From contig CAMPTO020000005.1 in NCBI GenBank assembly GCA_946965045.2, forward strand, positions 15,815 through 79,814: DNA of 64,000 nt, written 5' to 3'. The notes under the pieces are model-generated. The model ran no database searches, was not told where the DNA came from, and was given only the letters and a program-made list of their open reading frames with translations. The translations under genes were made by a program, and so were the position numbers. This DNA is from Epithemia pelagica. Lineage: Eukaryota; Protista; Bacillariophyta. Each line of letters opens with the position of its first letter. The stretch's first letter is position 1. Below are positions 23,001 to 34,130 of the stretch, piece after piece.

Positions 23001-23862
23001 TCACTGGCAAGGATCAATCGTATTCGACTCTCCAGGAACGGCGGCACGGAATGGAATCCTTTGCAAAAGTTGCCTCCAGCACTGTCGAGACAAGTTGAGA
23101 GCATTCTTTCCTTTGGTATGGACTTGGCAGAAATCATGCAGGACAAGTTGGACGGTACTACCCGAAAGCCTCTCTATGACGTGTTCATCTCCTTTGCGGG
23201 AGAAGTTCGGTGCGAACGAGACTGTGACTATGTAGAAATGCTACAACAACAGATCGAACGGGCGGCAAACGGAGAGAAAGTCACCCTATTTGTGGATAGC
23301 CAGTCGATGCGTCCCGGAGAAACCAGTTGTCCCACGGTCACCATGTTCAAACACATTTTGACGTCCCGCGTGGTGGTCAGTGTTGCATCGACACACTATG
23401 TCCAAAAACGATGGCCAATGGCTGAATTTTTGTGTGCATTGGCTCGGAACAAGAGGGTGGGACCCTTGGGTCACAGTCCACTGATTGTCGATGCCATGCC
23501 AGGACTGGAGTCGTACCATCCGTGGTTCCCACTAATACCACAGGACACAACGACTCGTATTTATGGTACTTCCAGGAGCTGGTTGGATGACTTGATCGTG
23601 TTGTTTCCTCCCTCGAGTCAACTTCCGTCAATGCAAAAATGCTACGGCATGAGCGACCACAAACAAGGTAAGAGTGACTGCGCACGCACGCACTGTATAG
23701 TGATTGCGAATCATTCGTATTTGGTATCTGACACGTTTCACATCAAATGGCCATATCTGGTAATACAATGCAGTGGCGGATCACACTCTGCGCATTGCCA
23801 GCCATGTCCTTCATTCCCTGAAACTCCCCAAACAGGATGACCTATCAGCATCATCGGAATGA
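20082..23862 (+). CDS. Ribonuclease-inhibitor-type LRR protein with C-terminal TIR domain
   Basis: ORF 20025-23840. Two blocks of ~28-aa LRRs (N-x-x-W-x-x-L-x-L...IxDxGxxxLAxAL). TIR signatures YDVFISFAG, LFVD..SMRPG, S..YVQKRWPMAEF. Predicted intron 23668-23773 (GTAAGA...ATGCAG) gives C-terminus ..KQVADHTLRIASHVLHSLKLPKQDDLSASSE*. Start codon uncertain. Confidence 0.85.
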
Positions 23863-24419
23863 GAATCTGTGTTTGTCCCCAATCATACAACACATAATAT
23901 AGGGCTAATAGAAAGAGTCCCCCTTTGTTCGCGAGACACGAATAAAAGGCTTCTCGGAAGACCGACCCATCCGCGATCGACCCTCAGCGGACAGACAGAC
24001 AGACAATCCTACCCTTGCGCTCCGGCAATATTTTAGTCCCTACTCCTAGCTACCACGCCGGTTGTTGTTGTTGCGAAGACTGGTACAAGTAAGGAGAACC
24101 ACCTTTGTTGTCCCTCTCTATCCAAAAGCCACAAGTTCCAAACATGGGGTCGTTGTTACCACAAGGATGAAACAAAGCTCTCGAATACACTGAAATACGA
24201 TCTCATGAGCCGATACACACACGAGTTCCAAAATCCTCTAACTAACTAGGTAGTAGATACGAATACAGTAGTAGTAGGTAGTTCCCAAGGAGCAACCCCG
24301 TGGGTCGCCGCCTTCCAAGAGAGAGAACGGTATGTGGACCACTGCACGGTCCCCGTGGAACCCAGAGTCCAACGTTACGCCATGACGGACCCATCGGACA
24401 CACATCCAGAACCTCCTAC

Positions 24420-26257
24420 TTACTTGGCGTCGTAGTAATAGGCCACCAAGACAACATCGTGCGCCGCCGAAAACCGACCTCCGCCCTTGATTTCGAGTTG
24501 AATGGTCAACGGATGCATGGGTCCCACAATGGGTGAATCATTCGTGGGGTTCAAGACGACATGAGTCGGCGGCGGTCGATCGTCATCCTCGTCGTCCTCG
24601 TTAGTGTTGTTGGTTGGTTTGGATTGAGCGGGAATTTCCAGGGCGGGCACCACCACGGTGGCACCATTCAGGACTTGGACGGAAATGGGTTGGGTGGACC
24701 GAGTCCAGAGAGATAATTCCACACGTTGCTGGGCCGGCACGGTCCACGAGTGACTGGCCTTGTGTCGGACACTTAGCAATTGCGTGTCGAGATTGATATA
24801 CGGCGTGTTGTTGTTGCTGTCCAAAGTCGAAGTCGAATCCGTTGATGATGATTGTTGTTGCTGTAACAGTGTCACCGTATCGGGTCCGGTACCACCATAA
24901 TCACTGGGCAATTGATCCGCGTCCACCAATTCTCGCAAGCGTGCTTCACTGGCGGCCTTGCCGGAAATGAGTTCCACCTTGCTGGCCGCACGGGGATCCA
25001 AAAAGGCTTTGCACAAGCGCCAAAAGGCGGTAAAGAGGAGCGGGGCGTTCACCAAAATCATGCGACTCGTCGTTTCGGGAAAGCAAACGGCATCAATGGC
25101 CGATTGAGCCTTGATGATATTGAGCGTTTTCTTGTTCAAATGACTGGTCGTCAAGCCCTGCAAATCCAGAATGCACAAACATTCAAAGCTTTCCCAAACA
25201 CAAACAATAACAACAAGGAGAATTCGAAAAACAGCAAGAGCAAGACCGAATCCATTGGAATTGAAAAAGTTGCAAAGAAACACGTTCAAATACTGTGAGA
25301 GAGCATATGTACGTGGAATCCATGCGGTTGGATGGTCATCACAACCCATCCACAACGACAACGACAGATGAATTGGTTGCTTGCTTGGTTCGACCAATCC
25401 ACTGCGTCGTCACGTACGCACGTTCCTTTGTTCGTACGGAATGGTACGTACCGTGTATTCGGATACTGCGCTTTGCGTTGGACGAGTCGTTGGGCCAAAT
25501 CACGGGCCATTAAGTACCAATGCAATTGCACAATGTGGGTCACGTCCGTCAAGGTTTGAATGGCGGTACTATTGACTTGTCCCGGTTTGCTAATAAAGAC
25601 GGGGACACCCGTCTTGTCAAAGCCACCGGTATAGAGTTGGGGAAATTGATGATAATACAAGGCCGGATCACAGCCCAAGGCGGTCGTCGGATTGGGATAA
25701 AAGTTGGCGGCGGCCGCCGTCGCTCGAACCCGTTGTCCTTCTTCCACCAAGGCAATCGTTTTGGGCAAGTCGAATTTGGCGTGTCGCAAAAAGCGACAGA
25801 GGGCCCAGACTTCGCCTTCTTCCCGTCCAAAGCCAAAAATGGTATCGTAAAATGCTGTATCATCGGCCGCGACGCGATTGTGCACGACGGCTTGAAATTG
25901 CAAATAGACATCGGCTTCGTCCGAGGTTAAATGACCCGGCACTCCCCACAACAAGGGATTGGCCTCCACGCCACGACCCTTGACATTCTGTGGTTGTTGT
26001 TGGGGAGAGAAACAGGGAGCGGCATAGAAGAAACCAAGCAATACGAAACCACAGTCCGTCGTCGACCACAACAACAACAATGACATTCAAGTGTGTGTGT
26101 CAGAGAATTGGCATTTCGACACTCTCTTTTTGGATGATGGCAAGCATTTCTTTTGTCGTTTCGTTCGTACCTTTTTGTCTGGTTCGGGAGCTGGACCTCC
26201 CATGAGTTGTTCCTTGGTCCATCCTTGGTCCGAGCTCGGCGGTGTCGTCGTCGTCAT
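24420..26257 (-). CDS. SEC14/CRAL-TRIO lipid-binding protein with C-terminal beta (GOLD-like) domain, 3 exons
   Basis: Predicted exons 26257-26171, 25987-25452 and 25188-24420 (1392 nt, in frame; donors GTACG). Motifs LCRFLRHAKFD, RFECLCILDLQGL, FPETTSRMILVNAPLLFTAFWRLCKAFLDPRAASKVELI, VDADQLPSDYGG. Confidence 0.85.
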
Positions 26258-26982
26258 TGTTGTTGTTGTCTTTTTGTTATGATTGCAGGCGAGCTTTGGC
26301 GCAGGAGTTGCCGAATGAGCCACACTAGGTAGACACTATGGAGGGATTCACACAGCAGAGGGAGACACGAAACAAGATACCCTCTGATAGGATGTTGTTG
26401 TCTTGTGTGTTTCTCTGTACAAAAGAAGAATCCAAACCGTGCTTGTCTTGCGCCAACGTGTGTGTGTGCTGTGTTGGAGATGAGATTCCCAGAATTCCAA
26501 ACCCACAAAAAAGATGCTACGGACGGTTCGTCTGCGGTCGGTGACGACGACAAAACTCCTACCGTCGCTCCCATCACGGTGCCATATGGGTCGCGTATAA
26601 GTCGTCCCTGTCGCCTTCCTAGACTAGCTCTAGCTAGGTAGAGCAGAGGTGATACTCTTCGAGTTCTCTAGGAGTACGATAGAGATGCATCCTGGTCCTG
26701 GTCCTGGAGAGAGAGAGAGAGAGAATGAAAGGTTCCGACTCACTCTCTCGTTTTGATGCGGAGAATGATACCCGGAATAATGTGTGGGTCAGTGGGTTGT
26801 TTGGTTCAAGTTCTACTAAATTACAGTATCCAAAATACAGTGGAAGTGGCGTTTTCGTTCGTTCTTTTGCCGGAGGATCCCACATCCTCCGAAACAGCAA
26901 ACATCGAACGAAATCAAAGAGCCACACCACGGTCGGTTTCCCTGTTTCGTCAAGTTCCTTCGTTTGGGTTGTTGGTTCGTTC

Positions 26983-28998
26983 TCAGAGTGTTCGTTTGCC
27001 ATCCGAGACGGGTTTGGTCGGATACGAGTCATCGTCATCGTAATACTCGTAATGGTCATCGTACAAGAACTTGTCATCGTAATAAAAGTCGTCATACTTG
27101 GTTTTTTGGTCCGACTTTTCTTTCTTGCCACTCTTTTTGTCGTCATCAAAGTAATGATCGGTCGGGGGTGGTGCCACGGGTTTGCCATAATACTCATCGT
27201 CGTCATCATCGTCATCGTATTTGTCGTCGTCATAGTAAATAATCACCACTTCCTTCTTGCCGCCGCCCTCCTTCTTGCCCTTGGAATAGTAGTAGCCATC
27301 GTCGTAGGGCTCATAATCGTCGTCGGTTGGTTTGGGATGGTAGACGGGCTTGGCCGTTGGTTTGGGGACGGGTCGTGGCGTGGGTCGACGTGTGGGTTTG
27401 GGCGTTGGTTTGGGTGTTGGTTTGGGTGTTGGCTTGGGCGTGGGCTTCGGCGTTGGCTTGGGTGTTGGTTTGGGAGTTGGTTTCGGAGTCGGTTTGGGTG
27501 TTGGTTTGGGAGTCGGTTTCGGTGTTGGCTTGGGAGTTGGCTTGGGTGTTGGTTTCGGAGTCGGTTTGGGAGTGGGCTTTGGCGTTGGTTTCGGAGTTGG
27601 CTTGGGTGTCGGTGGTGGTCCTACGGGCTTGGTGGGATACGAGTCGTCGTCGTCATAATAGTAATCGTCGTAGTAATAAATCACTTCCTTTTTGCCACCC
27701 TTGTCCTTTTTGCCATACGAGGAATCGTCGTCGTAGTAGCCCTTGCCCTTGGCCGGTGGTGGTTCGGCACCCTTGCCCTTGCCTTTGGCGGGTGGTGTTT
27801 CACCACCCTTGCCCTTGGATGGTGCTTCGCCGCCCTTGCCCTTGGCAGGAGGTGACACTCCCTTACCCTTGGCTGGCGGTGACACTCCCTTGCCCTTGGC
27901 AGGAGGTGACACTCCCTTGCCCTTGGAATAGACATCATCTTCTTTCACCCAATCGTCGTCCTCGTAATAAATCACCACTTCCTTTTTGCCACTCTTGTTC
28001 TTTTTTCCACCATCGTAGTAGTCGTCCGTGCCCTTGCCGTATCCGCCCTTGGCAGGACTGTCGCCACCCTTGCCTTTTGAGGAGGGAAATCCCTTGCCCC
28101 CTTTAGCTGGAGGACTGTCGCCACCCTTGCCTTTTCCTTTCGAGGCTGGAGGACTTTCGCCACCCTTGCCTTTTCCCTTCGAGGCGGGAGGACTTTCGGA
28201 GCCTTTTCCCTTGGCAGGAGGACTCTCACCACCCTTGCTCGGTGCACCTTTGCCCTTGGATTTCATCATTTTGGAACTCTTCTGGTCCATTTTGCTGCTG
28301 CTATCATCGCCACCCATTCCCTTTCCTTTGCCCTTGGACGAGTCCATACCTTTCCCCTTGCTGCTGCTCATCATGGATTCCATGCCCTTGCCCTTGGCCG
28401 AGCCGCCCTTGGCCGGAGCATCACCGCCTTTTCCCTTGGATGGTGCATCGCCACCTTTGCTGCCCTTGGAGCGGTCCATCATTTTGCTTTTGCTACTCTT
28501 GTCACTCTTGTCCATCATTTTGCTTTTGCTACTCTTGTCCATCATTTTGCTGCTACTGTCGTCTCCGCCTTTGCCTTTGCTGCCCATGCCGCCGCCTTTG
28601 GTGGGTGCCCCACCCTTGCCCTTACCTTTGCCCTTGCCCTTGCTGGGTGGTGGTGGTGGAGGAGGAACGGGTTTGGGATACGAGGGATACACGTCTTCCG
28701 TGTAGTCGTCGTGGTCCTTGACTCGTACTTGGCGACCAGCAAGTAGTCGTTCTTCTTGCATTTGTGTCGGCCGAACCACTGGGAAGGACGACGATGACGA
28801 CAGGAGCGAGGAGGAGGACGACGATCCAAATGGTTCCTCAGTGTCGTCATGTAATTGTGATTGTGGTTCTTGATGTTGAGGACGGTGCCAGGACCAGGAC
28901 ATGGCCTCCACTGGTCGTGTGGTAGTGGTACTGACAACCACAATTAGAAACACAAGGGCGACCAGGGGCACCATCTTTACTCGCCGGGGAGACGTCAT
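26983..28998 (-). CDS. Secreted Lys/Gly/Pro-rich, Tyr/Asp-rich repeat protein (silaffin/cingulin-like or adhesive/cell-wall protein)
   Basis: 671-aa ORF with signal peptide ([12 protein letters not shown]), ERLL motif, many SKGKG/PAKGKG repeats, KSSK/KSGK tetrapeptides, ~17 PTPK repeats and KKEV(V)I(I)YY-DDD blocks. The 3' end may involve an unrecognised intron. Confidence 0.75.
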   Translation of the reverse strand: MTSPRRVKMVPLVALVFLIVVVSTTTTRPVEAMSWSWHRPQHQEPQSQLHDDTEEPFGSSSSSSLLSSSSSFPVVRPTQMQEERLLAGRQVRVKDHDDYTEDVYPSYPKPVPPPPPPPSKGKGKGKGKGGAPTKGGGMGSKGKGGDDSSSKMMDKSSKSKMMDKSDKSSKSKMMDRSKGSKGGDAPSKGKGGDAPAKGGSAKGKGMESMMSSSKGKGMDSSKGKGKGMGGDDSSSKMDQKSSKMMKSKGKGAPSKGGESPPAKGKGSESPPASKGKGKGGESPPASKGKGKGGDSPPAKGGKGFPSSKGKGGDSPAKGGYGKGTDDYYDGGKKNKSGKKEVVIYYEDDDWVKEDDVYSKGKGVSPPAKGKGVSPPAKGKGVSPPAKGKGGEAPSKGKGGETPPAKGKGKGAEPPPAKGKGYYDDDSSYGKKDKGGKKEVIYYYDDYYYDDDDSYPTKPVGPPPTPKPTPKPTPKPTPKPTPKPTPKPTPKPTPKPTPKPTPKPTPKPTPKPTPKPTPKPTPKPTPKPTPKPTPKPTRRPTPRPVPKPTAKPVYHPKPTDDDYEPYDDGYYYSKGKKEGGGKKEVVIIYYDDDKYDDDDDDDEYYGKPVAPPPTDHYFDDDKKSGKKEKSDQKTKYDDFYYDDKFLYDDHYEYYDDDDSYPTKPVSDGKRTL

Positions 28999-30382
28999 TA
29001 TCCTATTACGGGTCGACGATCGGCGATTGTTGGAGTATTCGTTGGTTCGTTTGCCTCTCGCTCTCTGGATCAGGCTCTGCCCTTCTTCTTCTTCGTTTGG
29101 AACTTGTTGTCACTCACAAGAGAGGGAGAAAAAGTGAGGTAGCTCTTGTCTCACACCAAAGAGAGAAACAGTACCTCTCAAAGAATATGTGTGTGTGTTT
29201 GGTTTTCAAATACTCTCTCACACAAATCTATCTATTGTTGATGGAGTTGTGTGCCATCAATCTCACAACAACACTACGACATGCAGATTTCGTCGTGTCT
29301 GGATGCTCATGTGTATTGTAAATGTGAGTGTGTGTGTGTCTCTGTGCCCTCTTCGATTCAAACACCAAGAGGAAAGCCAGACGCACCGCTCTTCTCTCAT
29401 CCAACTCCGCCGCGGTTGTGGTTGGTTGTTATGGTCGATATGGTTGTTGGGTGATTCAAATCAAATCGGAAGTGACCCTTCCAAAATTTTTGGCTCGGCC
29501 GGCGACACTCGAACGGACAATTTGAATCTTGGCTCGGAACTCGGAAGCGTTTCAGGCGGCAGCAGGGCGCGCGAACTCCGGTCCATCCCTTTTGGGGGGT
29601 GAGACTTTGGAGGGGGAATGTACTAGAGTATGCGTACCCCCCCGCTATTCTCTCTCTTCCTCTACGGAGGTAGAGGGGATAGACTTGCTCTCTAGAGAGG
29701 CGACGACCCAAACAACAACTCGGAAACGAACGAGTGCAACAGCAATAGAAGGTGAAGAACCAAGGAGCAAACTACAAACGAACTAGGTAGAGTAGGTAAG
29801 ACGAGAATATAGTTGTAGAAAGATGAATGGGAGCCAAGAACCAGAACACCACGCGTGGACCGACGTCACCCAGTAGGTAGAACCCAACGTCGTTTGCAAA
29901 GTAGTAGGTTTCTCAGGAGCATTTATGTTTGTGGAGCGCCAGAAACATTGGACGTGGAGCTTTTGGGTGAGGCCCCGAATGAGGAACAGAATGTTAGGAC
30001 TCGTGTACCCCGGACCGTGTGGAATTGTGGAGGCACGAATCGTCCGAATACAAGCCTCCGCCGCCCAAGCGCGCATGGTTCGGTCCATTTCGAACCATTG
30101 CAAACTCAACGATCCAAAGAAGGGATAGAGGTACACGCCAAGTCTCTTGTACTCTGGCTGTTCGAAACCACGGACCGTGGAGGAAGCACCGGCAAGGACG
30201 GCGACAACGACCCAAGGAAAATAAAAGAGTGCAAGAGTATATTTGGTACAGATTCAAGGAGCAAACTAGGGATTAGGACGAGCATCGAGTTTATAGTGTA
30301 AGTATATACATAGTCGAAATGAATTGGAACGAAAACGAAAAAAACAGAGAACGACCCAGTATAATCAACCAACCGTCTCCCA

Positions 30383-31594
30383 TTAGCTGGTAGGAGGCAG
30401 TGCGGGTGCGGCAGAGGGTGGTTGTTGCGAGGGTGGTGGCCCCGTGCCTTGTCGTGGTGCTGGAGCATGATGATGCGGTTCTTGAGCTGTCGTGGGTCCC
30501 GTAGCAGTCGTCGTGGGATCGTCGTATCCACCAAACAAGATTTGATCGGCAATAAAGGCGCCGAGGGGGGCACCAAAGCACGGCGCGACAATGTACAACC
30601 ACGCTTGTCGAAAGGCCAAATTGGTCCATCCTGCCAAGTAGGCCACGATGCGGGGTCCAAAGTCTCGCGCCGGATTCATGCCGGCACCCGTCAAGGGTGC
30701 CAAGGTACAGACGAGGGCACCGACGCAAATGCCAATAAAAGGCGCCACGTAGACATTGCGTTTCGTCGTATCATTGTCGGGATGGGTCAAGGCAAAGACG
30801 ACGCCAGCCAAAAAGGCGGTCCCCATGACTTCGGTAAAAAAGGCCCGGGTCATGGTGACGGGCGACTGATAATAATCGCCAAAACACCCCGCCGTGGCCA
30901 AGGCATTGTCACTGGACCGGACAATGCCATGTTGCACTTCGTACTGTCGAATTTCTGTCCCATACATGAAAAAGTTGACCCAGGCTCCCAGGGCGGCGCC
31001 CAAGACTTGAGCGACCACGTAGGGAATGAATTTGGGCCAGCCAAATTCCGGTGTCGGCCGCAAGACGACAAAGGCCAAGGAAATGGCCGGATTAATGTGC
31101 GCTCCCGAAATGGGACCGACCGTGGCAATGGCGGTCGTGACGGCAAAGCACCAGACGGCCGCGACTTGAAACAAACCTTCCAAACTGTCGGTGATACTGG
31201 CACTCATGACACTGCCCAATCCCAAAAACAGCAAAATGAAGGTTCCAATAAACTCGGCCACGACTTGACGACGCAATTCTTCCCAGGATTCTGGTGTCGT
31301 CGAGGCGGACCATTGCGGAAAGAGACGACGCCACAACTGAAACGAGTTGAAGGACGAAAAGCGTTGTTCCAATTGTCGTTGCAAACTGGGACGTGGGGCT
31401 GTAGTCGTGGTGGATTCGCCTGCCTTGCCCTCTTCTTCGGGAGGATTGCCATTGTTGGGATGATTATTCTTGGTGACACCATCTCCATCACCGCCACCCA
31501 AGGGCAACGGAATGGTACTCGAGGCAGAATAGTCAAATTCACCGGCCGCCGCCTCTGTTTGGGGGACCGTCTGGTATTGGGGATTGCGACTCAT
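30383..31594 (-). CDS. Major intrinsic protein (aquaglyceroporin-like channel)
   Basis: Two NPA boxes (GAHINPAISLA and GAGMNPARDFGPR), VVAEFIGTFILLFLG first helix, six hydrophobic segments. NPARD is typical of GlpF-like aquaglyceroporins. ATG at 31594 chosen as the likely start. Confidence 0.93.
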   Translation of the reverse strand: MSRNPQYQTVPQTEAAAGEFDYSASSTIPLPLGGGDGDGVTKNNHPNNGNPPEEEGKAGESTTTTAPRPSLQRQLEQRFSSFNSFQLWRRLFPQWSASTTPESWEELRRQVVAEFIGTFILLFLGLGSVMSASITDSLEGLFQVAAVWCFAVTTAIATVGPISGAHINPAISLAFVVLRPTPEFGWPKFIPYVVAQVLGAALGAWVNFFMYGTEIRQYEVQHGIVRSSDNALATAGCFGDYYQSPVTMTRAFFTEVMGTAFLAGVVFALTHPDNDTTKRNVYVAPFIGICVGALVCTLAPLTGAGMNPARDFGPRIVAYLAGWTNLAFRQAWLYIVAPCFGAPLGAFIADQILFGGYDDPTTTATGPTTAQEPHHHAPAPRQGTGPPPSQQPPSAAPALPPTS

Positions 31595-32872
31595 GCTGCT
31601 GATGATGATGGGATTTGCGGCAGTCGCAGTAGTTGTGGAAAGAACGAGGAGAAGAACAAGAATCGACAACCAGAACAAGTATCCAACCCACCGTCGTCGA
31701 GCGAGAATGATTGGGGAACGAATGCTGCTGCTGTAGGTAGTTTGGGGTCGTCGTCGTACCAACCAACCACACAACCAACAAACACAGACACACGACGCAA
31801 AATGACGACAACCAAGAAGAGAGTGTGAGATGACCTCGCGCTGCACCTCTACTTTGCAAACACAGGAGGACAGGCACACAAAGCACACACAAGCACAACC
31901 AGAAAACCAAGTCTACCATTTGCGACAGGGGTTGCTTTGTTCGTTTCCCGACTTGCTGCTCCGTTCTCGTCGGTGTTGTCGTTTTGGTTCGTCGAGAGCC
32001 ATTCTTCGCTTCGTCCGGTGGCACACCTCTACCATGTCTGGCTCCAAAACTACAGCGAGAGGAGGGAGAGGTGACAACCAACCGCCATTGTTGGATCCAA
32101 ACCAGGACACGACGGCAAACCATGAATGATCCGCCTGTTGCTTCTTGGAACAGCGCCTCCATGAATACTCGGCCCATTCGTTCGTGCCAGGACGTTGACA
32201 GAAAGAAAGAGAGAATCTTTGTGCCAACCAGAGAGAATCTGCCACTTCACCACCTGTGGTCTCTCTTGTGGTTGTCGAAGAGGGGATGGTACTTGCGGTT
32301 CGAGGCCCAACTGCCTGGACACACCAATGACCCATGGCGTGTGGTGGTGGGTGGATCGGGCGGTGTGTGTGTGTGCAATTTCAAAATGGAATCTTTGGGG
32401 CCACAGAGTGTGCGTGTCAGAATCAAAGCAATGACACGACGAGTTTCTTCACCTACCTCGAATGAGAGTGTCGTCGTCGAGAGAGAAAGAGCGAGTAGTG
32501 TCGACAAAGCAATGAAAATGCTTCAATTCGTGTTGCTATTCTATGGTTTGGTTTTCCGAATGGATGTAATGGCCGTGGATTGCGTTCGTGTGTGGATGGC
32601 TTTGCGTTTGATTTGATGGGGTGTGTTGATGGATTCGTTCGGGTGTGGGACGAGTTCCTCCATCCGCCGCTTCGCTTCTCGTTTCGGAAGGAACCGAGTA
32701 CGACTACTGTTTGGGCCTATACTGTCATTTCCGATTCTTCATGTCCCACCTTCGAAGGGACCCTGCGAACACACACTGTGCGTGTGTCCCTTCGGTGTTC
32801 TCTTGAGGTCCGCACAGTTCTGCTAGTGCTAGACTGACTGGATGTTCTAGGTGACATAGTCAGACTAGCGGG

Positions 32873-33399
32873 TGTGAGATATCCTAGTAGAGCTAGGGAT
32901 CCTAGGAAGATATCGCACATGTGCCGAAAGGCCACAAGAACCGGTGGCTCCAGGGCGGGTTAGGGGTATTTTTAAAGCTAGAGAACTTTACGGGACCTTC
33001 TCGGAGACTGGTTGCTGAAAAGCTCGTTCCAAGAATTGTGTGCTCCTCACGTTCGAAGTCTGAGGAGAATGACTGAGCTGGGACGTGCAGGCTTGATGGG
33101 GGGAACGCCTGGCGGGTGGCTTGCGCACTCTAGCCATCTGCTCAGAGAACTAAGAGTTCCACCTGCGAGACACACCAACCCATTACAAACAACGTGCGGT
33201 ACCCCTATATGGATCCCGCCATACGTGTCGCCACGTTCCATTCACGGTTCGCGTTCTTGACACTGAGACATGAATCTTGCGCCATCTGGCTGTTCCTCCT
33301 CCAGTCATTTCTCGTCGCACGTGGCACTGTGGATTCCTCATTCCCCCTAATTCCTCGTAATTCCTAAAGATCACAATTTTTTTACCGTGCTAGTTTACA
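32873..33399 (+). mobile_element. Candidate 5' LTR of the Gypsy element
   Basis: Begins TGTGAGA and ends TTTACA, ~135 bp upstream of gag. No second LTR in the window to confirm, and no tRNA match for a PBS could be assigned. Confidence 0.3.
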
Positions 33400-33534
33400 T
33401 GGGTATGGCACTCTGATCAGAAGCTCGAAAACTTCCCCCAACACTCTTTCACCATAACCACCTGCCGTTCTTTGGCCGATCCTCGTTGATCTCATCATCC
33501 TTTGATTCCTTTCCTTTCCTTTTGCAGTCTCATC

Positions 33535-34130
33535 ATGAGCACAGGATCTTCCCTCGTCTCCCTTGCGGATGTTCAACGCTTCCAAAAGCGCTTTGATCAA
33601 GCCTCATCTTCAGATTCTTCCTCTGCTCTTTCCACCCTCAAGATGAAAGACGACGACGATGACAAGTACTACGTCCGTCTCTTGCCATTCCGCGATGGCG
33701 TGGACGAAGAGCCCTCGAATCTCTTCCTGTGTGTCCTCCATTTTGTTGACAAGGTCAAGATCTCCGGTCATCCAGAGCCCTTTGCTGCCTGTTGCACCTA
33801 CTTTCCCCGTGTTACCACAAGTCTCGTAGCGGACAAGTTTCATGATGCATTCCAGGCCTTGCCTGATGGCGCCGACCTCGATGAGGCGTGTTTCAAACGG
33901 TTGATTGCTACGATCTTCGAACCCAAGTTGACGGTTTCCGAAGTCAATGCCTTTCGGGCACACCTTCTTAGCGGTCCTCGCAAGCCACCTGATATGACCG
34001 TGGATATCCATTATCACACCCTCCAGAAGATTTCCAACGGTCTCCGTTACTTGTCTAACGACAACGCTGTCCAAACCCTCACTGACGATGAGTTGAAGCA
34101 AGCCTTCTATCTCGGCTCCCCTGTTGCTCA
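33535..34130 (+). pseudogene. gag: Ty3/Gypsy gag, N-terminal half (interrupted)
   Basis: ORF 33502-34140 has gag-like KP-x-DMTV..HY..LQKIS..L.YL....L.DDELKQAFY..P and runs straight into the satellite array. It can be joined in frame to 46451. Confidence 0.65.

Noticed and set aside
26725-28721. Plus-strand ORFs rich in GVGL/WFG/PLPL
   Set aside because: Antisense translations of the PTPK and KG repeats of 26983-28998.
29659-29676. Perfect 7-bp hairpin CCTCTAC-GGAG-GTAGAGG
   Set aside because: Single short stem in purine/pyrimidine-biased intergenic DNA; compatible with chance.
30422-31828. 468-aa plus-strand ORF
   Set aside because: Antisense shadow of the aquaglyceroporin, which has clear NPA motifs.
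33400-33420. Primer-binding site TGGGTATGGCAC after the candidate LTR
   Set aside because: I could not match it to a tRNA 3' end from memory; left unassigned.
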